A model generated the notes under the pieces. The model had not been told where the DNA came from. It saw only the letters and a list, made by a program, of their open reading frames with translations, and searched no databases. From NCBI GenBank assembly GCA_051942245.1, contig JAVECL010000020.1, positions 1 through 64,000 of the forward strand: a DNA stretch of 64,000 nucleotides. Direction: 5' to 3'. This DNA comes from Trypethelium eluteriae. Taxonomy: Eukaryota. Shown in pieces: positions 13,268-24,881 of this stretch (the first letter of the stretch is position 1; the number at the start of each line of letters is the position of its first letter). The translations under genes and the position numbers were made by a program.

Positions 13268-15082
13268 ATGGCTGCTCATGACAGCCCTGATGAATTTTCG
13301 ACTGTTGAAGATGAACCGCAAAGGATTATCAAGGTCAGCAGCCATACTATAGCGTCTTCATCCGCCCATCTCGAGTCCGAGGTGTACGGGGTCACAATGG
13401 CGTCCAAAGCATTTTCAGACGAGGAAACAATCTCTCCAACAGAAACGACGCGACCGCTTGCAGAAAATACCGAAAACGGGACCAAGGCTGTAAGCTCTTC
13501 AACCATCGAAGCAGAGCACAACCTCTCCTTCTTCCAAGCAGTCAACCTCTACCCAAAAGCAGTCGCCTGGTCGATGTACTTCTCTCTTGGAGTAATCATG
13601 CTCGCCTTCGATCCACAACTGCTGGGAAACCTCTATGCCACCGACGCCTTCAAGCACGACTTTGGATATGAATATCAAGGCTCTGTAGGTTGCACCTGTT
13701 CATTCTATCTCATACAGGCTGGAACGATGAAACTCCCCCCATGAAGCTGCTGAACGCCATAATCGAATCATTAGTACATCATATCTGCCCCATGGCAGAC
13801 CGCACTTTCTATGGGCAACCCCATCGGTCAATGCCTAGGCGCCCTCTTCGCCGGTCTGCCGATGGAATGGTACGGCCGCAAACGGACGTTCCTCGCCTGC
13901 GTCCTCGGCACCGCCAGCATCGTCTTCATCCAGTTCTTCGCCCGCTCCGCAGCCGCGTTGCTCGTGGGCGAGCTCCTCGGCGGCTTGATCTTGGGTGCGT
14001 ATGTCGTTATTGCCCCTGCTTACGCTTCGGAGGTATGTCCCTTGGCGTTGAGAGGCGTGCTCACAAGCTACGTGAACTTGTGCTTTGTCATCGGTCAGTT
14101 GTTCGCGAACGGCGTGACAGCGGGTACGAATCAGAGGAGCGATCACTGGGCGTATAGCATTCCGTTTGCACTGCAGTGGTTTTGGGTGCTCTTGATTCTA
14201 CCTGGGATGCCGTTTGCGCCGGAGAGCCCGTGGTGGCTGGCGAGGAGAGGCGAGATGGAGGCGGCGGAGAGAAGTTTGCGGAGACTGGCTGGGAAAGAGG
14301 TGGATGTGAATGAGGCGTTGTCGCTGATCGTGGAGACAGATAAACTAGAAATGAGGATGCAGGCCGGGAGTACCTATAGGGATGTCTTTCGGAGGATAAA
14401 TTGGAGGAGGACCGAGATCTCCATTGGAGTTTACGCTATTCAGGTACTGAGTGGGATTTATTTGATAAACTACGGTACGTATTTCTTTCAACAAGCGGGT
14501 TTGCCCGATCAACAAGCTTTCAATATGGGTATTGGATTCTTAGCTGTGGGATTTGTCGGGACTTGTGTGTCATGGGTGCTTCTTGAGCACGCCGGTCGCC
14601 GCACCATTTACAACGCGGGCCTCGCGCTTCTTGCAATCCTACAGTTCATCATTGGGATCCTGGATTGCGTGCCAGGATATCACGAAAAGACCGGAGTCAT
14701 TTGGGCACAGTCGAGCCTTATGGTCGTATGGAATTTTATCTACGACATGACGGTTGGGCCGGTCTGCTTCGTCATTCTCTGCGAATGTTCCGCTACCAAG
14801 GTACGCGCCAAGACCATCGCTGTTTCGACCGCTATCCAAGCTATCCTTGGAATTGTGATGACCGTAGCCATCCCTTACATGATCAATCCGGACCAAGCAA
14901 ATTTACGAGGAAAGCTGGGCTTCTTCTTCGGTGGCCTGGCCTCCCTGTCTCTTTCGTGGGCGTTTCTGAGGGTTCCAGAAACCAGAGGGAGGACGTTCGA
15001 GGAGTTGGATATCATGTTCGAACGGAACGTGCCTACAAGACAGTTTGGCAACTATGATGTGAGGCATCTAATGAATGCATGA
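13268..15082 (+). CDS. MFS sugar porter, maltose/alpha-glucoside permease family
   Basis: Motifs YPKAVAWS, YASEVCPLALRG, PESPWWL and PETRGRTFEELD; about 12 TM segments. Intron 13685-13774 joins the two ORF pieces in frame. Confidence 0.92.
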
Positions 15083-15320
15083 GACTATTTGCCCTCCGAT
15101 TTCCGGTGTTGATGTGGCTGAGATGAGGATTAACGTCAGAGTGTTTTTCACTGCTTGCCTATTATCGCTCAGGTTGGTACAGAGCGTACCTAGTCACGCG
15201 GTACACTGGGCTCTTCCAAAAAGGCACTAGAAGGTATGGCAAAATTCATATTGTTGAGAATGGCTGCAATGATGGAAGCAGCACCCACAATTTCCCACAC
15301 GCTCCCACCTTGATCAGCGG

Positions 15321-15677
15321 TCATAGCACACGGGTATCAATGGTCGGCTTTGCAGACGCCTTAATTGCCCCACGTGCAAGTGTACAGAGTTGGCGTACTC
15401 TAAGAAGGTAATCTGCTGTACGCTGGGCCCGGGCTCGTTCCTCCTCAGCTGTAGGGTATGAGTCAGATGGATAAAAAAAAAAGAATAAACAAGAATAAAA
15501 GACAAACAAACGGCATGAGCAATAGCAATGCTTAGGCCAATGCAAGACGCTACCCATGTCGAGGCTGAGCCCCTCAAGACGTTTCACAAGCTTTCCAGCC
15601 TTGCCAACCAGATGACTATCGTGTCCAGCTTGCGTCATACCTTGCTGTATAGATGCATTCTGTATCTTTCCCCACAT
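15321..15677 (-). CDS. Possible small spliced protein (about 83 aa)
   Basis: Intron-like segment 15449-15553 (GTAGCG donor, U-tract, CTGAC branch, TACAG acceptor; 105 nt, frame-preserving) inside an ORF. No recognisable homology. Confidence 0.3.
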   Translation of the reverse strand: MWGKIQNASIQQGMTQAGHDSHLVGKAGKLVKRLEGLSLDMGSVLHWPKHCYCSCRLFVFYSCLFFFFYPSDSYPTAEEERARAQRTADYLLRVRQLCTLARGAIKASAKPTIDTRVL

Positions 15678-15791
15678 CGCTGACAAGGCCGCTACTACTC
15701 CCCAAAACAAAAAGTGCTAACTTCGAAATGGTTCGGACTCCCGTTGCCTTCATCTTTCTCTCGAAGTCTCTGCACCTAATGCCAGCACTCC

Positions 15792-17276
15792 ATGCCTGCT
15801 ATCTCTCTTGTACCTCGAGATATATTTCTCACAGTAACTGATTCCCCTGTTCAAATAACATTTGCAAAAAACGCCGCAGCGACTTCAGCTACTCCATCAG
15901 GGTCAATAGCGGCAGAAACTGAGACCTGGGCGGTATCTGAAGAGACCATTAGTGCTGGGGAGGGCACTGGTCCTCCCCAGGTAAGTTCAGATAAATACAA
16001 TAACGGCCTTTCCCCAGGTCAAATTGGTGCTGTTATTGGCTCACTGTTGGGCTTCATCCTGCTAATTGCGCTATTCTGGTATTGGCTCTCCATTCGGCGA
16101 GGAAGATGTTTCAGCGTAGATGGACCTCCTAGAAAAGATGGAAGAAATCTGAAGACTGGAGGTTCTCCAAATCCACCAAGACCTCCGAATGGCCGCCGAC
16201 CTCAACGGGGACAGAGGCCAGAGAACTGTATTCAACCTGATACAACACCTCTCATTCGTGGTGCGCCAGCACCAGCACCAACTTCAGCACCCGCACCAGC
16301 TCCAGCTCCGGCTCCAGCTCCAGCAGCAGCCTCATCTTCCGCATTGCCTCCGCCAGGAGATCGGAAGCCTCCTAACGGTTCACGACGTCAACGGGAGCAG
16401 AGAGGAGGGAATCTCATCCAACCTAGGTCGACACCTCTTGTTCATGGTGCACCAGGATCAGCTCCAGCATCAGCTCTGGCTCCAGCTTCGGCTTCGGCTA
16501 CCGCCTTGCCTGCATCAGATCAGGGGAGGCCTCCTAACCGTTTAGGACATCAACAAGAGCAGGGAGGAGGTAGACCCACCCAGTCTAAGTCGACACCTCT
16601 TATTCGTGATGTACCAGCTCCAGGATCAGCTCCACCTCCAGTATCAGCTCCACCTCCAGTATCAGCTGCACCTCCAGTATCAGCTCCACCCCCAGTATCA
16701 GCTCCTGCCCCAGTATCAGTATCAGCTCCGGCTCCGGCTCCGGCTCCAGCTCCGGCTCCAATCCCAGCTCCTGCTCCCACTCCACCTACCGTATTGCCTC
16801 CTCCTGGAGACCGGAGACCTCTCAACGATTCACGACGTCAACAGGAACAGGGAGGAAATAATGCACCACCACCTAGTTCGCCCGCTGTTCGTCATCCTCC
16901 ACGAGTTCTACCTCCACCTCCACCCTTTCCACCTCTACATCGAACGGTTCCACCCCCACCTTCACGAGATCTACGTCCGCCTCGGTCCATCGCATTATCT
17001 CATCCAGTAGTTCGAAAGCCTCCAGAACAAATACAAACTCCCCAATATCAGAGTACAAACAGGGCAATGAATACACCAATTTCCCAAATCCAGCGATCAA
17101 ATGGGACAAGGGAGGTGAAGGAGACTGGCAAGCAACACGATTCCCAGCAGGATGAACCGAATCCTGCGCATTTACCTCCACCGTTGCACCCTCCATGCCA
17201 TAGCTCCTCGGCCTTCGCTGGTTCCAGTATAATTCGATTCCCAAGCGGTAGAAAGGGTCTAGTCCGGAAGAGATAG
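15792..17276 (+). CDS. Single-pass membrane protein with proline/alanine-rich repetitive cytoplasmic tail
   Basis: 494-aa ORF: Ser/Thr-rich N-terminus, TM segment IGAVIGSLLGFILLIALFWYWLSIRR, then internal repeats. Confidence 0.75.
   Translation: MPAISLVPRDIFLTVTDSPVQITFAKNAAATSATPSGSIAAETETWAVSEETISAGEGTGPPQVSSDKYNNGLSPGQIGAVIGSLLGFILLIALFWYWLSIRRGRCFSVDGPPRKDGRNLKTGGSPNPPRPPNGRRPQRGQRPENCIQPDTTPLIRGAPAPAPTSAPAPAPAPAPAPAAASSSALPPPGDRKPPNGSRRQREQRGGNLIQPRSTPLVHGAPGSAPASALAPASASATALPASDQGRPPNRLGHQQEQGGGRPTQSKSTPLIRDVPAPGSAPPPVSAPPPVSAAPPVSAPPPVSAPAPVSVSAPAPAPAPAPAPIPAPAPTPPTVLPPPGDRRPLNDSRRQQEQGGNNAPPPSSPAVRHPPRVLPPPPPFPPLHRTVPPPPSRDLRPPRSIALSHPVVRKPPEQIQTPQYQSTNRAMNTPISQIQRSNGTREVKETGKQHDSQQDEPNPAHLPPPLHPPCHSSSAFAGSSIIRFPSGRKGLVRKR
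16626..16715 (+). repeat. Coding minisatellite, 5 x 18 bp (tcagctccacctccagta, encoding SAPPPV)
   Basis: Tandem copies with few substitutions are directly visible, followed by gctccg/gctcca (AP) hexamers. Confidence 0.9.
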
Positions 17277-18482
17277 CCCAAAAGACCCTTTTTGAGGCTC
17301 TCCGCACCTACAAATCTGCGAATAGGAGACTAAAAAAAGAAAGGGGCGGTGCCATAGCAGATGCAGCCTACGCCATGGCATGTTCCCTTGCGATGACAGC
17401 CGGTATTGACGACAAAGATGTTATTTCATGGTAGGAATGAGTGATTCTTCTATGACTCTTGTACCTTTGAGCGCTGCGGAAGTCTCTGGGTGCCTATGCT
17501 CAAAATGTGTGCTCAATCCTTTTAACGATTTTTCAGACACATTATGTATCGCTGTCAAACTTGTGAAAATTAAACTTAAGGTAATGTGGAAAGAACCAGG
17601 AAGGAATGCTCGTGATATATGCCCTGTTGTAAAAGGTGAAAACGACCACGCTCATTACCTCGATCGTTTAGATGTGGGTTGGACTGTTACTCTAAAAGTA
17701 GTAATGCAAGTCACCGGCTCAACGTCGGCTCGACCTGTGCTCAGGCTGCTTATACCACGTTAGCATCTTCTCAGTCTGCACAAGCCGGCTCAAGCTGGTC
17801 TCCGGTAAGCTTAGGCATCGCCTAGGTCACTTCGATATAGGACAAGCGACGGGTCTAGGTAACAACTATCAATGTGGGGCTTCCATTGGGGTCCAACAGT
17901 CTAATGCAAATGCAGCTAGTCACTTTAGCTTCAACATCGCCCTGCACCTTCAAATCTTGCACCTTCGCCTCCTACACCTTTACCTCCTACACCTTTAAGT
18001 CCGGCGCTGGCTGATCGACAAACCCACTACGCTTTGTTCCACATGGACATCGGTCACTCGCCAATGGCAAACCAGTGGTGAAGTCATGTCCATGCGATGA
18101 TGTATGGACTGATGCAGCTTGCATTCGGGCGAGAGCTGAATCCAAGAGTCTGGTAGAACAGCGCTAATGTCAAATCATGAACGCAGCGTGAGATTTTGGT
18201 CAATTTACACAATGCAAGTGTACGGCGTAGGTTGTTGCAGGTTGATGTCGATGAGGGGGCGCGTCCTGGTGTTTCTGTGCCGCACGCAACGTGGTGCGGT
18301 TTTCTAGCTCCCAAACCCATATCATCTCATCTTTAGAGTACCACAGAGCTTTCACATCGTCTATTAATTTTATGTGGATGGACAGCTCTTGTAGCTAAGT
18401 CTCTCCTACTATTGAGTTCTTACTGGCCGACAACAGCAGCCTGTCCACGTACCAATCCCTAAATCTGCATCAGACCTCGACC

Positions 18483-20186
18483 ATGGAGAACAGCGGGGCT
18501 TCCGGCACTTCTGGTTTTGCGCTTGTAGCTATTGCAATTCTGCTCTGCATTGTCACGTACCTCGTCTCGACATACTTCACCAATGGGTTGAATCGATATC
18601 CGGGGCCTGTTCTGGCCAAATTTACGAACCTGTGGCACTACTATGATGTGAAATCGAATCATCATCACGACCATCTCATCGCACTTCACAGGCGACTTGG
18701 AGATGTTGTTCGCATCGGACCAAACAGATTGAGCATCGCCAGCCCTGAGTATGTCGGCCGCATTTATGGCACACAAAATGCTTATCCTAAGGTGAGAGTC
18801 ATACTTCGTGATTGTTTTCGCAGATAATTGAACCAGTACACCTAGAGCGAGATGTACGACTCGTTTTGCCTACGCAGCAACGGAGGGAGGGCGCCGATAA
18901 CGCTTTCTCAGCGTGATCAAAAAATCCATGGCCGCAACAAGAAAGCCGTGGCTTATGCTTTCACTCTCACGGCGATCCGGGACTACGAACCGTACATGGA
19001 CGAGATCATAAAGCTATTCATTAAGAAGCTGACGGAAAAGACTGAAGAAAACCCAAGTTTCTTTTGCGATTTTGGGCTTTGGATTCGCTTCTGTTAGTCA
19101 CACTGGTCAAGCTCGAGAGCCACTTCTTACATTACCAGATGTGACCGATACTATTCTCTATCTCACCTTCGGATCAACATTTGGGTTCTTGGATGCGGGC
19201 AAGGATTCTGTAGAGTTCTTTGATAATATGAACGCGAATATGGATAAAGATTCTCTGGTATGCGCTTCCTCAAATGATCAAGAATAGTCGATGATTTTAA
19301 TCACTAGTATATCCCAATGCCTTGGTGGTCAATGGTCACAAAATTCAATCCCATTGTTGCTCTGTTTTCGAGCGAGAACTCTTTCGTACCTGGATGGTGC
19401 ATGACTCAAATCCGTAAAAGGCAACAGGAGCGGGCGAAACTTGAAGAGGCGACAGGACAGTCTACCCACGTCAAATCGGATTTTCTGGATAAATTTATGG
19501 ATGCCGCTAAGATGTCAGGTCCCCCGGGGATAGACTACGTCGCTTTGATAGATTGGTGCCTTACCAATGTGCAAGCCGGGTCGGAGACCATCACTGTCGA
19601 GCTAATCTCGACTTTGTATCATCTTCTCAAAGCCCCAGAAAAGATGGAAAGGCTTCTGGAGGAAATACGCTCTGCTGGACTATCAAACCCTGTCACCTAC
19701 AAGGAAGCTCAGAACCTACCTTATCTGGACGCTTGTCTGAAGGAGGGGCTGAGGATTCACCCAGCAGTGGGCCTGGGCATGGAGCGGACAGTGACTGGCA
19801 ACGGTCTGAAGCTGCCGGACGGTTCCGTTGCTCCCAGAGGAACCCTTGTTAGCATGAATCCTTGGGTGGTGACAAGGCAATATCTGTTTGGCAACGACCC
19901 GGATAAATTCCTACCAGAGCGGTGGCTTCGTGCAAAGGGGGAAACCGAGGCTGCCTACACGGATCGAATAAATGCATGGAAGCGAGCTGACCTTACATTC
20001 AGCCACGGTAACCATTCGTGCTCTGGCAAGAATATTGCCACGATGGAGCTCTACAAGGTCTTGCCCACCGTTCTGCTTAACTTCGATGTCAAGTTGCAGG
20101 ATCAGGACAAAAGCTGGAACGTGATCAATCGTTTCATAGTGCGACAGACTGGGTTCAACTGCGTGCTACGCCAGCGCCAGCGGTAA
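18483..20186 (+). CDS. Cytochrome P450 monooxygenase (pisatin demethylase-like clan)
   Basis: N-terminal anchor, PGP, VRIGPN, I-helix AGSETI, EGLR (ExxR), PERW and heme motif FSHGNHSCSG. Introns 18792-18845, 19093-19138 and 19258-19307. Confidence 0.93.
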
Positions 20187-21871
20187 GGCTTATCGCAGTC
20201 CATCAGAATTCCAGCGCTGTTGAGTCACCAACAAGCATGCTCCATACAGCAGTACGGAAGCGGCAGGCGAGAATCTCAAAGCTCCGATAGACATTGTGAA
20301 TAAGGAACTTGCTGAGGAGGACGAGACCGAGGCCGATTTGTGTCACGACTATGCTACTTGGATGGACAACGATGAAGATGGCGAGCTCTCTAAGTCGTCG
20401 TCCCTAACGAGTAAGCACGAACAAGTTGAGCATGAAGCGGCATGTCGCGTCACGCAGGCTTCGCCGTGTCCAAGGTATATGTCAGTGATTGCTTCAGAGG
20501 ATCAGGAACGTGGTCCTTGATCTCGGAGACCAAGAGAAAGCTCAGAGACCGTGGGAATCCCCGAAAGATCGCCAGTACGATGTCGACACAGATGATAGAT
20601 GCTGTGTTTGTGGACATGCAGCGGACCACATGGGGGCCACGGGGCTCCTGCGCTATGTCGGGCGGAAATTCTTTCCCTTTACACCGGCCGAATCCCACAA
20701 AGTCGCTCATTGTTCCTACGCTCCCTTACAAGCCTTTGCAAAGATGTTTTCTATCCAAAGTCAAGACGCTATTAGCTTGGAAAAGGGACCCAGGGAACAC
20801 CTCAAAGTGGACCGATATACGGCAAATTGGAACTTAGGCTTTCAACAAATTCATGATATGTACGCCGGTCTGGACAGTAGGGAAGAGAATGATCTAATTC
20901 ATAGACGCCTCGATAAGTATATAGTAACAAGGCTCTCATTCAAGACCTCTGAAGATAGGACAGGCTGATCTTACTTTCCCTAGGGAATGTCAGTTCAGAG
21001 TCCCAGAAAATACATCAGGACTATGATTCTGCCCTTTTGCAGTGGCGTAAATTACGTGCAAGTGTGCTGACTGCTAAACTATGGTTTACAGTCTTTGGGC
21101 TCGAAGCGGTGAGGGCACCAAAATGCACAAAGTTCTTGACCTTACGGAGTACTTACTGCTGCTCTCCTCTGACTGAAGTTTGGATATGATGTGAAGCTCT
21201 GTGGGAACTTGAGGTCTTGTCAAAGCGACGCAAAAGAAGGCTAAGCTTAATTATAGTTAGGTGACGAATGCCAAGACCAGGGTGCCTGTTTCGAATACGA
21301 TACGGTGACAAGGTAAGCTAAAAGCTTGACTGAACGGACCGCGAGGTGGCTAGTCATCTATACCGCCCTTCGTCATGGGATTCGAAGGATTGCTACTTGC
21401 TAATTCCTTTGACCTGCGTTCCCTTTCTCAAGCCTCTAACCGTGAATAAGAAACGATACGATGTAGGGGTTTGGCCCAAATTGATGACCCTAGTCCAGAA
21501 TTGTACAGCATCCTACAACCATGCTGTCTCCTGCATGCTTTAGCGGGGACGTCTAAGCCCAATGTGTAGAAAGCTGAGCTCGAAGAACTTTCGGAACCTC
21601 CAAACTCCAGCACAACCCCAGTCAGATTCTCATCCGTGCACTACATGCACATCGTCGATAGCGGATGTGATAGGAGGTGGTAATTACGTCTCGTATTGCG
21701 TATTTCCTTGACCCTGTCTCCCCACCCAAGTGATTAATTGTTGAGGTGTTTCGAAAAGGTCTCTTCGTTTTGCGCTCTTAGTCTTGCAATTTCTTCTCGC
21801 GCTTTTCTACAGCGTCCTTCAAGATTGATTGTATGCATTTGCAGTCATAGACTGTTGCATATGGAGCGCAG

Positions 21872-23822
21872 ATGCCTCAGCTTCACATGCTGACAGAGAT
21901 CCTCTCTCTTGCCTTTCTATTTCGCACTGTGCAGGCCAAAAACCTTTGCGCCGTCCAAGGCCAAGGATGTACGTAAATCAAAGAAATATGAGTACCAACT
22001 CCGCTTACGCTGCTTGTCGAATGCAGCTGCAATTGTTGGGGAGCGCTTATGGTTTTCTGGAGGTGCTTATACATTTGACGATGGGGAAGCGAACACTGGC
22101 GGTAATTCAACAACCTCTAGAATTTAACTCCAAGCTGATTATTGATAGAGGATAGTCTGTTCTCGCTGGACTTAACGACTGCGTTCCCCGCACACTCATT
22201 CATCTCAGATACGACCTATGATACGATACCTCTACCCTCCGGTGTGCCGAACAATGCTACCGCTACAGACACTGTCATGTTTAATACTAATACAAGCTTG
22301 TCAATGCTTTACCCAAGCACGAGCAATCCTTTGGATATGTGGATTTACAATGTATCGACTAATGACTGGACTCAAAGTGTGGCGCAAGATAGCATTGGCC
22401 CCGGGGTATGGGAATTCAGCTCAAGTAACAGGCTACAAGCAGTCAGCATACCTTCAGTCGGTATATCCTACTACGCGGGAACCTCTACGCAGTCCCTAGC
22501 AAAGAGAGATGGGGAAACTTATCCTTGGCTGGAAAGTCTGGACCAAAACGGCGGGCTGGAGTGGCATGGGATAAATACCCAGACTCCCGTCCCTTTAGTC
22601 GATTCCACGCTCACATATATTCGAGCCGGTAAATCTGGCGTGCTTCTGGCGCTCGGCGGGACGAATGTCAGTCACCGAACATCAAAGAGATGCTAGTTAC
22701 AAGGGCTAACTCCATCATAGCCCGATTCGCGCGAGGACGACGATCGTGATATGACCAACATTTTTGTCTATGACATTGATTCAACTATCTGGTATGTGTC
22801 CTAGGCATCCGCTTTAAAGTTCTTTCGCTGAGAAATGTGAGGTACAACGTCACCGCGGCAGGCTATACAGACGACACTGATGTACCGGATCCCCGCTCAT
22901 CTTATTGTGCAGGAGTCTCTACGGCACCTGATGACTCGACGATTCAGGTCACGATCTATGGAGGTTATTCCTCGGAAATTCCGCAGGCCTACAATGACGT
23001 TTATGTCCTTAGCATCCCGTCCTTTACTTGGTTCAATATGACCCCACTCGACCAGGGCCTTGGCGATGGGGTTGATTCCGGTCGAGCTTTTCACCAATGC
23101 CTGATGGGAAGTGATGCTCAGATGATTGTGCTTGGAGGGCAAACAGAGTCCATCTCAGATGCTGAATCATGGGATACTGGCTGTAATCAGTCACATCCTC
23201 CTCTTTTGGTTCTCAATACCAACACCTATCAATGGGAAGATTCCTTTAATCCGCATTTGACTTACACGGTACCATCACGGATTAGCAATGACTTGGGACA
23301 AGAGTAGGTTGACCAGGTACCGTGACAAATGCTCACTAATAGTCTGACAGTCCCGCTTCTGCTTCTCCTTCTGCTGGATGGAGTGATGACGCTCTTGAAT
23401 CAATTTTTGCCCAAAGGGTCCCCTATACTCCTCTACCATCGCTCCAGCCAGCGATAGCCAAAGGGACTACCGGTGCGAATGGCACTGCTTCAGCTTCATC
23501 GTCGCGGTCCCGAGCCACGACACCTAGCCATACTGGCGCCATTGTTGGTGGAGTCGTTGGCGGGATTGGTGGTCTTGCGATACTTGGCGGCATTGCGTAC
23601 TACTTCGCTAGGCGCACCCGGCATCGCCGTCAGCAATACAAAAATGTCGAATTAAGCAAATCTGCAGCTTCCGACCACGACTACCAGACGCCGCCGTATG
23701 TCGCACCGCAAGAGATGGAAGGAGGCTCCCGACCAGCAGAAGCCGATGCCGGAAACTATTTGCGAGAGGCTCCCGGGGATATCGGGCTTTATTCGAAAGT
23801 GTTTGAAATGCAGGGAGATTGA
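21872..23822 (+). CDS. Kelch-repeat / galactose-oxidase beta-propeller single-pass membrane protein
   Basis: Signal peptide (MPQLHMLTEILSLAFLFRTVQA), kelch-like GVLLALGG, IYGG, DVYVLSIPSFTW and MIVLGG, TM GAIVGGVVGGIGGLAILGGIAYYF. Introns 21969-22026, 22102-22148, 22667-22720, 22792-22841 and 23304-23350. Confidence 0.85.
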
Positions 23823-24881
23823 AGTATTGGGTTGGGCCGTTAAAGCCGGCACGGAAAAGGAATTAATGAAACGAACCAAAAGGGAAGCCTGGATGGGGCT
23901 CAGGGTCTTTGACTCTCGGGAAGAAGCGGCTGCAAGCGAGTGCCGATGTGCTGGTGCAGAACGGAAGGTTTACGAGGACACAGCTGCTTAGAGCTCCGCG
24001 ATAGCGCCTATGAGACGAGCTTACGGAGGTGGTGACCAGCAGTAGTAATTTTCCTTTGGTCTCGATAGACGAAGAGTTGATGGCGAATCTGATGACTGCA
24101 AATGATGGGAAAGCGCACGCGACCTCGCAAGATGGTTTGGACTTGAGTGGGCCTTGGCTCCGTTAGATTCGAATGGCAAATTCTATAGCTTAGAGACCAG
24201 AGGATCAAACCCTCAAGCGGAGGAGCCACCAAGTACCATCACACTATCTAAATACAGGTTTCACAATACAAGTAGATAGTGGACGTCCCTCACAAAAGTA
24301 CATATATCTTGAGCTAAACCAATCACTACCTAGCTATTGATGCATCAAAGTATCTAATCGGTATCTGAAACGCTCGTCGTCAATCACGGCACAACCCATG
24401 CCAAGTCTCTTCCTGTTTACTTCTTCCAAGGACCACCAAGAGGGTGGATCGTATAAAGATACAAACACGGTTCGTTGCCCACTGTAATAATGTCAAATAA
24501 CTGTCAAAGTCAATTTGGTAAGACTATAAACTCAGTAAGATTTAATATTGGGCTCAAATCGATCATAGACCCGTACTATGTCAAAGCTTTACGTGGCCTC
24601 ATTGAGATTTCTGATAACAGAGGCACACTAACACATTCTGCAATTCTATAAGATAACGGAAACAAACTCTCTGATATTCTATTATTTGTTACACACGGAC
24701 AACGCCAGATGACCCGGCCTTGAATGATCTATCCGACTTTTCAAACAGATCAAAAAGCACACCGGGCGATGGAATGCTCCCATGTTGAACCAAAATAAGG
24801 ACCTCCAACAACACTCCCTTTAGAATCTACAGGTGCTTCCCAAAAACAATCATCGTCAAGACAAGACCTGGATTTCCACAA

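Noticed and set aside
13268..23822. MFS transporter plus P450 as a secondary-metabolite cluster
   Set aside because: No PKS, NRPS, terpene synthase or cluster-specific TF nearby, and the transporter is a sugar porter.
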